Below, in pieces: positions 40,028 to 51,228 of a stretch of DNA of 64,000 nt (positions are counted from its first letter, which is position 1; each line of letters opens with the position of its first letter). The notes beneath the pieces are model-generated. The model made no database searches. It was not told the DNA's origin and was given only the letters and a program-made list of their open reading frames with translations. The DNA is from Octopus sinensis (lineage: Eukaryota). The stretch is from the NCBI RefSeq assembly GCF_006345805.1, contig NC_043007.1, forward strand, positions 37,014,001 through 37,078,000, written 5' to 3'. The position numbers and the translations under genes were made by a program.

Positions 40028-40544
40028 CATGTTTGTGAGGGTTCAACGTCACCGAGAACAATATCAACCCCCTGAAAGGAAAATCACTATCACCTGTCTG
40101 TGTCTGCTCGCGACTGCAAATGTACCTAAAACAACTAAAAAAAGCAGGATATTTGTTAACCAAAGCCACACTCGCTCACGAGTGATGGCTAGCTGTACTA
40201 TACTTTCCTGATGAAATTCAATAAAATCGAAACATGTTCGGAGTTGTCACCGTACTGACAAATTCGCTTTTCACTGTATCATTTTTAATTAATTATAATT
40301 CATGCAAATACTGCGGTTGTCTCCCCAATTCTCTTCAGTAGGAATAGTCATTAAGTTAATCAATATTATTTCACTCATCTTACGAAAAGTGAAATTATAA
40401 TTAATCATAATTTCTTGGTTTATTACATAAGAAATTTTGAAGACCACTTTTCTATTATTATTTCGTACAGCAGACCTCCCTGGGTATTATTTCTTTCCTT
40501 AGTCATTGATTTTCAAGGCCATAAAGTGTCGTCGCTCTTGTGTT

Positions 40545-40870
40545 ACTGTTGTTGTTGTTGTTGGTGGTGGTAATGGTGATGGTGATGGTGGTGGTGGTGC
40601 CGTCGGTAGTGGTGGTGGTCGTAGTGGTGACCGTAGTATAAATTAATTAGAATGATTGGAATTTATGGATCCCAATGTCGTCGATGGAATTTCCAAATAT
40701 ATAGAGGTGGTGGTGGTGGTTGTGGTGGTGGTGGTGGTGGTGGGTGATGGTGATATATTCCTGTCGGTGGTGATGGTCATTGTGGTAATGGTGTTAATGA
40801 TATTGCTATTGGAGGTGACAGTAATGGTGGTACTGATGTGGTAGAGTTGTTGTTGTTGGAGGTGGTAGTA
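40545..40870. repeat. (GGT)/(GTT) trinucleotide low-complexity region
   Basis: Direct inspection. Confidence 0.85.
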
Positions 40871-41474
40871 GTTTAAGTTGTAGTTTAACCCTAAATCCTA
40901 CGATTAAAAGCGTTCTATCCGTGACCATGCCGTTATTTTTTTCTTTATATTTTCCAGAGGCATAACATATTTAACGCAGTTCTCCCTTATTTAAGATAGA
41001 TATGTGATTTGAAGATTTTCACTGCTACTTCTAGCATGTCGGTTGACCACTTAGATACTTGCTGCGTTGTAGCAATCGTCATTGTGGTATCGTAAATAGA
41101 AGGTTAGCTGTTGACACCAAGGTTCATTATCTGGTTCATGACTTTGTCTCGGTTAACTCTCAGTAATGAAGATTTATCCGACTACAAGTTCCATTCAAAT
41201 TCTGTTTCCATATCACGCGATAATATCCGGTTATGCTCTTGCATAATCTTATCCTGCGCATCTACCCTCATTCTACCCGTCCTACGCTTCTTGATTTTGT
41301 TTAAACGAGTTATTCGAAAAACCGAAATACCAACGAAATACGCTTACACATATATATGTAAGGAACAGAATAATACAATCCCTTTCAGATAATGGTGGAT
41401 GGCTATAATAGTTTGTAGAGCAGAATATATTAAAATATTCACCGTGTGTCTATATATTTATACATATATATATA

Positions 41475-41524
<50 letters not shown>

Positions 41525-42053
41525 CGTTTGGGGGATTTGGTTTACAAGATTCTTTATATGAGTTCGTGTGTTGAAGCATATTCTGTTGTGTCTGGGGAGA
41601 GTCATTTTGTTTTTGTGCCTTATAATGTAACACACTCACCGGAAAAAATTCCATTTATTTCTTATTTTTATTTTCCTAAAATTTTCATTGTGTTTTACAA
41701 CCTTTTCAATAGTCTTGACTCTGTCCGTTATTTACACTGCGTTCCCTTTTACTTGTTCTGACCCATTTTGAGGTAAGACATTATTATTGTTCACTGATAT
41801 TTTTTCCTATGTTGTCTGTGATAGATTTGTGACTTTTCGGTGGTACAGAAGTATTTTTTGACTTCTATCATGAGTGATATAGGTACTCATTTAGTACCCT
41901 TATGTATATATGTACGGTGTTATTCTGATGGCATGTGCTGCTCTCTCACTCAATAATAATAATAATAATAAGATTAAGAAGAAGAAGAAAAAGAAGAGGA
42001 AGAAGGAAGAGGAGGAGGAGGAGGAGAAGAAGAAGAAGAAGAAGAAGAAGAAG

Positions 42054-42084
<31 letters not shown>

Positions 42085-42785
42085 TGTAAACAAAGAGAAT
42101 TGAAAGTACCAGATAATTGACTTGATAGTCCCAAAATGATGAAAAAATTAATATGAAGCACAGGAGTGGCTGTGTGGTAAGTAGCTTTGCTAACGCACAT
42201 GCGCAGTTAGTCAGTTGCTTCCTGTTCAGCCAGAGTGGACGCGAGTCAACCAGCTCCGTCCAATTAAAGGAAAGCCCAAAACGGAAAGTTGTCGAGGTAA
42301 GTGATTTGTTTATTGTGAGTTGGGCATAATTTATTGCGTGCAATTATTATTTCAGTAAGTTGTGTCCAACTCTGAGACAAATTCGCCTGCTCTCGGCGGC
42401 TGCCGTTTTTGTGTTTATTGAAAAAAAAAACAGTAGAGGGGCGTATCCGTCTTCGATAAATTGAGTGAATATTTTTTTCACGTAATTGTGAGAATTGTAT
42501 TGTGCTGTAAAGAACTTTTTGTGAAAACTGCTATATAGGGGAGTATTTTGCCTCCGAAGTTTGAACAAGTTTTACCAATTTTACACCAAGTTTTGTGGAA
42601 GTTGTGCGTTCCTGGTTCAATTTAGGCCAGGAGTACCAAATGGCCAGAAGGTTTTTACTGTATTATTGACGTTCTTTTTAACTTTATTTGACTCTCTCCT
42701 TTTTCACTGTGACTTTCTTCGGATTTCCTTTTCCTCTCGTTTTTTAGTTTTATTCTGAATACATATAAAAAAAAAAAAAAAGAAC

Positions 42786-44021
42786 ATGGCAATGAAAAAT
42801 AACAAACTTTTGGAATGGGAGATCATACCGCCTAAAAAGTGGTTAAAAGACCGTGAAGATAGGACGGTGGTGTTGAGAACCTACTCCAAGGCACTCGACA
42901 CCATCGCCCTATTCGAAAAGACGGCAATTGAAAAGGAGTTGGAAGAGTATTTGCCAACAATTAAATTCATTTCCAGGGGTGTCAAATATGCAACGGTGTG
43001 GTTGCTATTTGACACCCCTGAAGAGGCTTGCAAATTTGCTAGCAAACCCCTGGAGGGTAAGGAAATCTTATTCCTGCCCACGTACAAAAAAAAATTGATG
43101 AAAGCTTGGATTTGCGGTCTGCCACCCGACATAGAACCCGAGTGGATAGAGGAGACTATCCACCGGGGTCTGGGTGGCAGCGAAACTAAGCTCCTTAATG
43201 TAAAAGTTCTTCCTGCGGCTGCATGGGTTGGGTCAAAAGCAATTTTGACCCTGTGGACCCAATCAGCCAATCTGGTTCTTCCAGATTTTTTGAAAATGGC
43301 CGGGTGCAGGTACCCGGTGATGCTTGAGGGTCGCCCCCCTAAGTGTCATCGGTGCTTGGAGTCCGGCCACATAAAGAAGAACTGTCCCCGGGAACAAAAT
43401 AGGATCCCGGAACAGTTAAGTAAAACCCCTCTAGAAGAGGGAATGATAACGGTCGAGAAAGCAGAGGACTCCTCAAACAGAGGCCAAAAGAGGAAGGTGA
43501 GCAACAATGGGTGCTCACCAAAGGATAATAGGGATGAGGAGAGGAAGGCGAATCTTCCAGCCACGGAGGAGACGCACCCTCTCTCAGTTGAAAAGGGAAA
43601 AAAAAAGAAAAAGAAGAAGAAAAACGGGACACTACCAACTGTCAGTGTAGCACCGGAATGTCCCGGAACTACGTCGGTTGGGGTTGTGCCACCGACAAGA
43701 GAAGGAATACCGTTGGCGGGAACTGTGCCGCCACCGAAAGAACTGAACGTATTGGTCCTCTTCTATAGAGGAGGAGAAATTGAAAAAGTGATGGAAGAGC
43801 ATCACAAGGGAGCACCTTTAGCCTTCACACAGGACCCCGAATGGCCTCCGCAGGTAGCTGTGGAGGCCGTGACATTCGACGTGACGCTTGGGCTAAAGGA
43901 GCTCAAGGAAGACTATAACTTGGTCCCGGGCGACGCTGACTCGGAACTTGATTACGTTCTGAGGGAGGCGTGGTTGATGGTGGAGGGCGCGGGCACAAGC
44001 GACTTCGAGGACGATATGTAA
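42786..44021 (+). CDS. Intact 411-aa LINE ORF1p / Gag-like nucleic-acid-binding protein with CCHC zinc knuckle
   Basis: C-x2-C-x4-H-x4-C (CHRCLESGHIKKNC) preceded by ICGLPPDI and LEGRPPK, as in L1/Tx1-type ORF1p; basic K-run; non-repetitive, stop-free, GC-richer than the flanks. Confidence 0.8.
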   Translation: MAMKNNKLLEWEIIPPKKWLKDREDRTVVLRTYSKALDTIALFEKTAIEKELEEYLPTIKFISRGVKYATVWLLFDTPEEACKFASKPLEGKEILFLPTYKKKLMKAWICGLPPDIEPEWIEETIHRGLGGSETKLLNVKVLPAAAWVGSKAILTLWTQSANLVLPDFLKMAGCRYPVMLEGRPPKCHRCLESGHIKKNCPREQNRIPEQLSKTPLEEGMITVEKAEDSSNRGQKRKVSNNGCSPKDNRDEERKANLPATEETHPLSVEKGKKKKKKKKNGTLPTVSVAPECPGTTSVGVVPPTREGIPLAGTVPPPKELNVLVLFYRGGEIEKVMEEHHKGAPLAFTQDPEWPPQVAVEAVTFDVTLGLKELKEDYNLVPGDADSELDYVLREAWLMVEGAGTSDFEDDM

Positions 44022-44037
44022 TTATTGAACTGTTATT

Positions 44038-44258
44038 ATTAGTAATGGACTGCTAAGTCCAAAAATTGAAAAATTGTAAGAGGTTTAATACCTCGTTTTG
44101 TGTTTATTTTTATTAATAATGGACTACTAAATCCAAAAATTGGAAAAATTGTAAGAGGTTTAATACCTCGTTTTGTGTTTATTTTTTATTAATAATGGAC
44201 TACTAAATCCAAAAATTGGAAAAATAGTAAGAGGTTTAATACCTCATTTTGTGTTTAT
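44038..44258 (+). repeat. Three 74-76-bp tandem repeats in the element's 3' UTR
   Basis: TAATGGAC recurs at 44043, 44117 and 44193; each unit holds the hairpin GAGGT-TTAAT-ACCTC. Confidence 0.9.
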
Positions 44259-44425
44259 CCTTAAAAAGAACAATGTTTTAGAGAAGCGAAAGTCGGCGGG
44301 CGCTTTTTGTCTTCTCCCATCCTTATCATCTTTCTTTCATTATCATTCACTTCATTAATGTCCTCGTCCAGCTTGCAAAGCTAACTTAATCTGTGTACTG
44401 CCTTTATGGCAAATGTTTTGAAATA

Positions 44426-44565
44426 AAGTAGCTTGCTTACCAACCACATGGTTCCGGGTTCAGTCCCACTGTGTGGCACGTTGGGCAAGTATTTTCTACT
44501 ATAGCCTCGGGCCGACCAAAGCCTTGTGAGTGGATTTGGTTGACGGAAACTGAAAGAAGCCCGTC

Positions 44566-44639
<74 letters not shown>

Positions 44640-44770
44640 ACGTCCCCGTAACTTAGCGATTCGACAAGAGAGACCGACAGAATAAGTACTGGGGTCGATT
44701 TGTTCGACTAAAGGCGGTGCTCCAGCATGGCCGCAGTCAAATGACTGAAACAAATAAAAGAATAAAAAGA
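44426..44770 (+). mobile_element. SINE family B, remainder (5' piece at 42162-42187)
   Basis: Starts mid-head at AAGTAGCTTGCTTACCAACC. Confidence 0.8.
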
Positions 44771-44774
44771 AAGA

Positions 44775-45076
44775 AAAAGAATGAGAGGTAATGACAAAAT
44801 AGCAAAGAGCCAGGACCTAACCATTGAATTACAGAGACTATGGTCAGTGCAGGTAAAATGTATCCCAGTAGTTATAGGTGCATTAGGAACTATCTCTAAA
44901 GATTTGAACAGATGGATAGAGGAAATAGGCATAAAACCTAGTTTAGTACAGCTGCAGAAAACTGTTATTAGGGACAGCTAGGATACTTAGGAGGTGTTCT
45001 TAGCATCTAAAGTTACTTGTAGCCTGATGTTAGGAATTTTTCTTTTCCAACAGTCTAATTTGTTGTGTGTATATGA

Positions 45077-45115
<39 letters not shown>
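44775..45115 (+). mobile_element. R4/Dong-like LINE 3' end with (TAA)n tail
   Basis: KIAKSQDLTIELQRLW..IPVVIGALGTI..LQKTV; 3' UTR then (TAA)n. Confidence 0.8.
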
Positions 45116-45117
<2 letters not shown>

Positions 45118-45246
45118 GTGTTCTCCTACGCAGAACACTTTCCATACAATAACCATCAGAGCATCACAACAAATCACAGCACATACCCAAGGCACACAGA
45201 GCTGCGCTCGGTAGTGAAGTGAAAGCACGCTATAAAAATAAAACTA

Positions 45247-45294
<48 letters not shown>

Positions 45295-45427
45295 GTGTTC
45301 TCCTACGCAGAACACTTTCCATACAATAACCATCAGAGCATCACAACAAATCACAGCACATACCCAAGGCACACAGAGCTGCGCTCGGTAGTGAAGTGAA
45401 AGCACGCTATAAAAATAAAACTACTGA
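45115..45427 (+). repeat. Two identical 136-bp units, each ending in (TAA)n; probable LINE 3'-UTR stubs
   Basis: 45115-45250 = 45292-45427; each starts with the 10-bp stem AAAGTGTTCT/AGAACACTTT. Confidence 0.8.
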
Positions 45428-45473
45428 ATAATAATAATAATAATAATAATAATTATTATTATTATTATTATTA

Positions 45474-45522
<49 letters not shown>

Positions 45523-46005
45523 ATTATTATTATTATTATTATAATTATTATTATTATTAAAACAACCCTTATTCAAGGACCTTTTGAGCGGGATGGGTTA
45601 CTCGACCAGAAGAAAATTCTAACTGGGCTTCACCTGCAATAGATTTTTCTTTAATTAAGATTTTTTACTCTTGAATATTATGCTCCCCTCTTCAGTTTTT
45701 AGTCTCTGGCTCTGCAACAATCAGTCGATAATGATGTTTCACCATAGTTTACACCATAGTATAAACACTCATGTTTGATAAATAGAAATAAATGATGCGA
45801 CAGTCGCCATAACAACTCGTAGCTATTCCGATGGTGGCTATGGTTGTGGTGGTGGTGGCGTGGAGAGTGGATGAGGAAAATGAAGGTTGTATTTCGAGGT
45901 TTAGCCTAGACATTTTCTTCTCAGATTTCGAATTTCTGTCCCTAAAAACATATATCATGAATGAGGACAGAGGAAGCAAGAGATGGTGTGTGTGTGTGAG
46001 TAGTA

Positions 46006-46079
<74 letters not shown>

Positions 46080-46424
46080 GCACGCACACACACTCATATA
46101 TAGGCGCAGGTGTAGCTGTGTGGTAAGAATCTTGCTTCTTGACCACATGATTCCAGGTTCAGTCCCACTGCATGGCACCTTGAGCAAGTTTCTTCTACAA
46201 TTGCCTCGGGCCGACCAAAGCCTTGTTAGTGGATTCGAATGACGGAAACTGGAAGAATTGGCGTGTTTCTTGGATGGGAAGCTGCCTAGAAACACGCCAA
46301 TGACCCCAAAAAGTGGAAAACAACTGTTGAGGCCCTATGCCCCACAAGGGGCAAAAAAGATTAAGAAGGAGAACACTTATTGGAAGTGTTATCATGTACA
46401 TTGTTTTGTCTTGGTATAAAAGAT

Positions 46425-46898
46425 GGGCTACAGAAAATATTCTGCTCAGTACCACAGATTTGCTTGTCACTTGCTTGACCTTAACCAGTTGCGTATGTCC
46501 CTTAGTGGCTGGCGATATGTGCATCTCTGATCATGAACAGAAGTAGTGGGGGAGCATCATAGCCATGTGTTGTGAGGGATTCTTTGGGGTTTGAATAATT
46601 CACCTCTGGAAACATTGGTCTTTCGTTCAAAATCCTTAAACAACCCTTATTCAGGGACCTTTTGGGCGGGATGGGTTACTCGACCACAAGAAAATTCTAA
46701 CTGAGCCCAACCTGCAAGGTCATGCGCTGTTTATCTTGATATGAGATCACCATGTCGCGCACATATGGTTGTGATGCATGTGCCTAGTGTACCCTTATCA
46801 GATGGGTACCCTTATCAGATGGGTAGTCATGATGGGTATACTGGGCTTCGTATATTTTACCGCAGTGTTACTTGATGGCATGCACTGCTCTCTCACTC

Positions 46899-46950
<52 letters not shown>
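46425..46950 (+). mobile_element. Family F (TAA)n-tailed dispersed repeat
   Basis: Shares blocks with 6973-7135, 45560-45640 and 41915-41975; ends CTCTCTCACTC(AAT)n. Confidence 0.7.
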
Positions 46951-46963
<13 letters not shown>

Positions 46964-47044
46964 CCCCACTAAAGAAGGCACAAGGCTTGAAATTTTGGGA
47001 GAGATTGTAAGTCTGTTACATCGACCCAAGTACATTATATTTAT

Positions 47045-47400
47045 CAGAAGTTGATCCTTTGTCCCTCGGCTTTTCCTCTTGCATTCCTTCTGCTCCACTG
47101 ATAGTTTGTCATTCATTTCCAGGAAGTCACACACACAATTAGATATTATTCCAGTCATCAACTTCCTCATCAAGGGTAGGCAGGAGATAAGCCAGTAATT
47201 TTCTACTGCATTACCTTTACCGGTGTTCTCTTGGAAAAGAATCGTTTTACCTGTGGAGATCCACTTTGAGATTTCCACCCCGTTGATAATTTTATCCACT
47301 TACGCAGCCCTGTCTCTCTATCCAAATGGTATACATTCTCTTTCTGCATCCTGTTATGGACTCTACTTCATAATCAACGGATGTACTCAAAAAATAACGT
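47045..47400 (-). mobile_element. R4/Dong-like LINE RT fragment
   Basis: WISTGKTIL..KGNAVENY..ISCLPLM.KLMTGII..EQKECKRKSRGTKDQLLIN. Confidence 0.8.
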
Positions 47401-47486
47401 TCCATATCAAGTATATTCATCGCCTTAGACCATTTTGTTATGGCGGCCGTATAATGACAACCGAGTTTGTGTTGCTCACCTACAGA

Positions 47487-47607
47487 GCACCCGCCTGGCA
47501 TTCTCCAGGCGCTCGCCAGCCACTTGCCTAGCATCCTCCAGGCGCCCGCCAGGCACCCGCCAGGCACCCGCCAGGCACCTACCAGGCACCCGCCAGGCAC
47601 CTGTCAG
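47487..47607. repeat. GC-rich 11-bp minisatellite, ~11 copies of GCACCCGCCAG
   Basis: Direct inspection. Confidence 0.9.
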
Positions 47608-47671
47608 GCGAGAGTCCGTCACCTGACGTTCCGTCCTCATTAATTTTGTAGTAATTCCTTTATCCATAACT

Positions 47672-47935
47672 CTCATAGCTTAGTGGTTAGGGTGTTGCAT
47701 TCACGACAGCGAGATCGGGGTTTCAATTCTTAAACCGGGTGATGTGTTGTGCTCTTGAGAAAAATACTTCATCTCACGTTACTCTGCGACTACTTGGACA
47801 CCTGAGGCGTGATACACCGTGCACCTGTTCAGATGACGTCGATTTGATGGGAAGAGAGTGAGCTAATGTGCGGCACGAACATTTGATCACCATAAACACA
47901 TCATTTGTACAGGTCGTTCGGCAGAAGTTGAATAC
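47672..47935 (+). mobile_element. SINE head C-like + a third tail
   Basis: GCTTAGTGGTTAGGGTG head and TTGTGCTCTTGAGAAAAATACTTCAT body, then a 3' part unlike tails 1 and 2. Confidence 0.55.
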
Positions 47936-48016
47936 TCATACGTCGTCTTCGACGAGGAAGTCTATCGTTATTATCTCTTTTAAGAGCAGTGTGGAGGTTA
48001 GACAGAATCGATTAAG

Positions 48017-48114
<98 letters not shown>

Positions 48115-48759
48115 GAATGAAAGCAAAAGTGTTCATAACAACGGTTATAAATTAGAATCTGTAACAGCAATACGGAAAACTACATACTTTTAATGCATCA
48201 ATCGGCGCTTGGATTGTTTTCATCTCCGCCATTAAAGACGCCAATATTGAAATCTGCAAACTCGCTTAGGATAAACCTCTCATAAGTGTACGTGACTTTT
48301 GCACACCATTCCAGGTAACAATATCACGTCTGTTATGTTTACGCCATGTAGAAATGATCTTAGTGTTGTTGTTGTTATTGTTGTTTTCTTTCAGCTTATA
48401 CGTTTTTATTGTTGCGGATATTTCATCAAAACTGTTAGCTCTTTAAAGGGCAGTAGTTGATTAATAAATCCGAATGGCGGATTGAAAAGTCTGCCCTGAT
48501 TCGTTATCCTTCTACGCTTTGACTGTGTTCTGTCGAGGTAAATTTCCGTTTCAACTACTTCGGACATGTTAAATATAATTCCTAGATTAAAATTCATATC
48601 AGTCCAGCTCAAACCAATAAAATTTAATGAAATTATAATAACAATGAAATGCCACTGCAGGGTCAAGTTGTTATAACATTGTTTCAAACAATATCAAAAC
48701 GACAAATGTACATAACATGTAATCTCCATATAATAACAGCCGATATAACGGCTAGTTGA

Positions 48760-49255
48760 TTAGTTGGTTGGTTGGCTGACTGGCTGGTTGGTTGGTTGGC
48801 TGGCTGGCTGGTTGGTTGGTTAGATGGTTGGCTGGCTGGTTGGTTGGTTGGTTGGTTGGTTGGTTGGTTGGTTGGTTGGTTGGTTGGTTGATTGGTTGGT
48901 TGGTTGGTTAGTTGGTTGGTTAGATGGTTGGCTGGCTGGCTGGCTGGCTGGTTGGTTGGTTGGTTGGCTGGCTGGTTGGTTGGTTGGTTGGTTGGTTGGT
49001 TGGTTGGTTGGTTGGTTGGTTGGTTAGATGGTTGGCTGGCTGGTTGGTTGGTTGGTTGGCTGGCTGGCTGGTTGGTTAGATGGTTGGTTGGTTGGCTGGC
49101 TGGCTGGTTGGTTGGCTGGTTGGTTGCTTGGTTGGTTGGTTGGCTGGTTGGTTGGTTTGCTGGCTGGTTGGTTGGTTGGTTTGGTTGGTTGGTTGGTTGG
49201 TTGGCTGGTTGACTGGCTGGTTGGTTGGTTGGTTGGTTGGTTGTTGGTTGGTTGA
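48760..49255. repeat. (TGGT)n/(TGGC)n tetranucleotide array
   Basis: Direct inspection. Confidence 0.95.
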
Positions 49256-49285
49256 TGCTTCAGTCAAGCTTAATATCGTCTAGAT

Positions 49286-49557
49286 CAGTGGTTCTCAATT
49301 TTTCCTATGGACCCCTTTGATTCTTATTTTATTCGGGTGGGCCCTTATAGCCATTCGATATTAAAAAAAAAATCTGATTGTATCTTTATAATTAAATTAT
49401 CAGAATTATATAATTAAATTATTAGAAATTGTATAAAATAGGTATTAAAATATTTTGTTTATTGTAGAAGAATAACCAATTTATTGCACATAAATTTCAA
49501 CAATAAAATCTTATATAGACCCACAAGGACTATATGGACCCCGGTTGAGAACCAGTA
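49286..49557. mobile_element. hAT/Charlie-type MITE
   Basis: TIR CAGTGGTTCTCAA / TTGAGAACCAGTA with 8-bp TSD GTCTAGAT on both sides. Confidence 0.85.
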
Positions 49558-49934
49558 GTCTAGATTAATAACGGTTTCTAGCATTCGCACAAGGCCACAT
49601 ATTTAGTGCGAGGAAGAGAATCGATAACTAACTACCGCAGCGCAGTTAATTCTCAACACCGCTGATTCTGCGGATGTCTTGCCTTACATATATCAATAAC
49701 AATATCGATTTTTAATATAAGCAAAGGTCATACATTTCAGAGGAGGGGTTATCGTCAACTACATTGATCCTATTTCTTGAAGCATATTTTATTTTAATAA
49801 CCCGGCAGGATTCGAAACCATAGCATACAGATAAGCATTTTATCCGACATCGGTTCTGCCGGTCAATCATTTTATTGTTTCTAATTTTTGGCACGTGGTC
49901 AACAATTTTGAGGGAAGGATTAGTCGATAACACT

Positions 49935-50950
49935 GATCCCACTATATAGCTGATATTTTACTTTTCTTTCATAATCTCCTAGATGCTTATCACTACCCAG
50001 AGGTTCTAATTCTTTTATCTCGGTTTCTTTATCTAGGGGGACGTTGCATGTAATTGATAGTTTTCCCTTGGTAAATGTAATCTTGGCACATTTGTCAAAC
50101 AAATTCTATTTTGATGCTATCACTGAATTGTTTGTCTGTGTATAGGAGTGCTTGCAGTTGTTGATCATTTTTTGCGAACAGTTTCAAGTTATCCAGATAG
50201 AGGAGATGATTAACTGCTTTTCTATAAACTCTGTATCCATAATTTGTTTTATTTAAGAGTTTACTAGGATGAAGCAGAATAATAATAAAAGAGATAACGA
50301 GTCTCCTTGAAAGATTCCACAATTAATATTGAGTTATCCAGTATTTATATTTGTAGTGTCACTATTGAGAATTATTCGTTTCTACTCCAGGCACAAGCCC
50401 CGAAATTTTGGGAGAAGGGGCCAGTCGATTAGATCAACCCCAGTACGCAACTTGCACTTAATTTATCGACGCCGAAAGGATGAAAGGCAAAGTCGACCTC
50501 ACTGTTGGGAATTATTATCGTTTTCCATGGCTTCATGGTGTGAGATACAAAATTCCTGATTTTATCCTGCTGTGAGGAGGACTATCAAAAGCCTTCTTGT
50601 AGTCTATCCAGGCCACTGTGAGATGTATTTTCCTGCTATGACAATTTTCAAAAATCATTTTCTGAATTAACAATTGATGCCTGCATCCATAAGACCTACG
50701 TTTACATCATTTTTGATCATAAGGAAAGATGTTAAATAAGACAGGCACATGTGTGTTCTATTAGGAGAGATGTAAGGGTTTTATACATTGTTGTAAGGAA
50801 TATTATGATTATGTAGTTCTTAGGGTTTTCTGTTTCTTCATTTTGAGGGAGCAAAAATGTGATACAATTGACCAGCCATTCAGGGGTTATCTGCGCTTCT
50901 TTCATAATTGTTGTAACAACAAGTTAGTTTCTTGTGTGAGTTTGTAAACA
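49935..50950 (-). mobile_element. R4/Dong-like LINE RT fragment, interrupted by a SINE piece
   Basis: VAWIDYKKAFDS, NHLLYLDNLKLFAKN, FDKCAK motifs. Confidence 0.75.
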
Positions 50951-51228
50951 CCTTGAAACAATAGTTTGGAATCTTATCCATACCAGGTGACTTCCATTTA
51001 CGAACTTTTTGAACGTGAGTCTGACATTTTCTACACTTATCGCTTTTCATATTTGCTCTTCTATAAGCTCGGTGTTTTCTTTTTGTCTTTTAATCAACAG
51101 GACATCACAGTTGTACTTCTTCTCTTCTGCCCAAATTTTCCACCAGAACTCCAGTATTTCATGCTCTGAACGGTACTTCTATTTTGATGTTGCTCTTTTC
51201 AATGCGCTTATAGAATTTCTTCGAATTA

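Larger units (their letters stand above)
42188..44425 (+). mobile_element. ORF1-only (HAL1-like) non-LTR retroelement inserted in a SINE B head
   Basis: AAGTAGCTT at 42179-42187 and 44426-44434 flanks it. The SINE head stops on the left and resumes on the right. Single intact ORF, 3' tandem repeats, AATAAA at the 3' end. Confidence 0.7.

Noticed and set aside
42881-43638. Minus-strand ORFs inside the ORF1 gene
   Set aside because: Antisense shadow frames of the 411-aa ORF.
44038-44258. Possible CRISPR-like array
   Set aside because: The units are contiguous with no unique spacers, the context is eukaryotic, and there are no cas genes.
42188-44425. MULE DNA transposon interpretation of the 9-bp direct repeat
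   Set aside because: No terminal inverted repeats or DDE transposase; the ORF1p-like protein and 3' AATAAA fit a non-LTR origin.
48824-49283. (VGWL)n ORFs
   Set aside because: (TGGT)n array.
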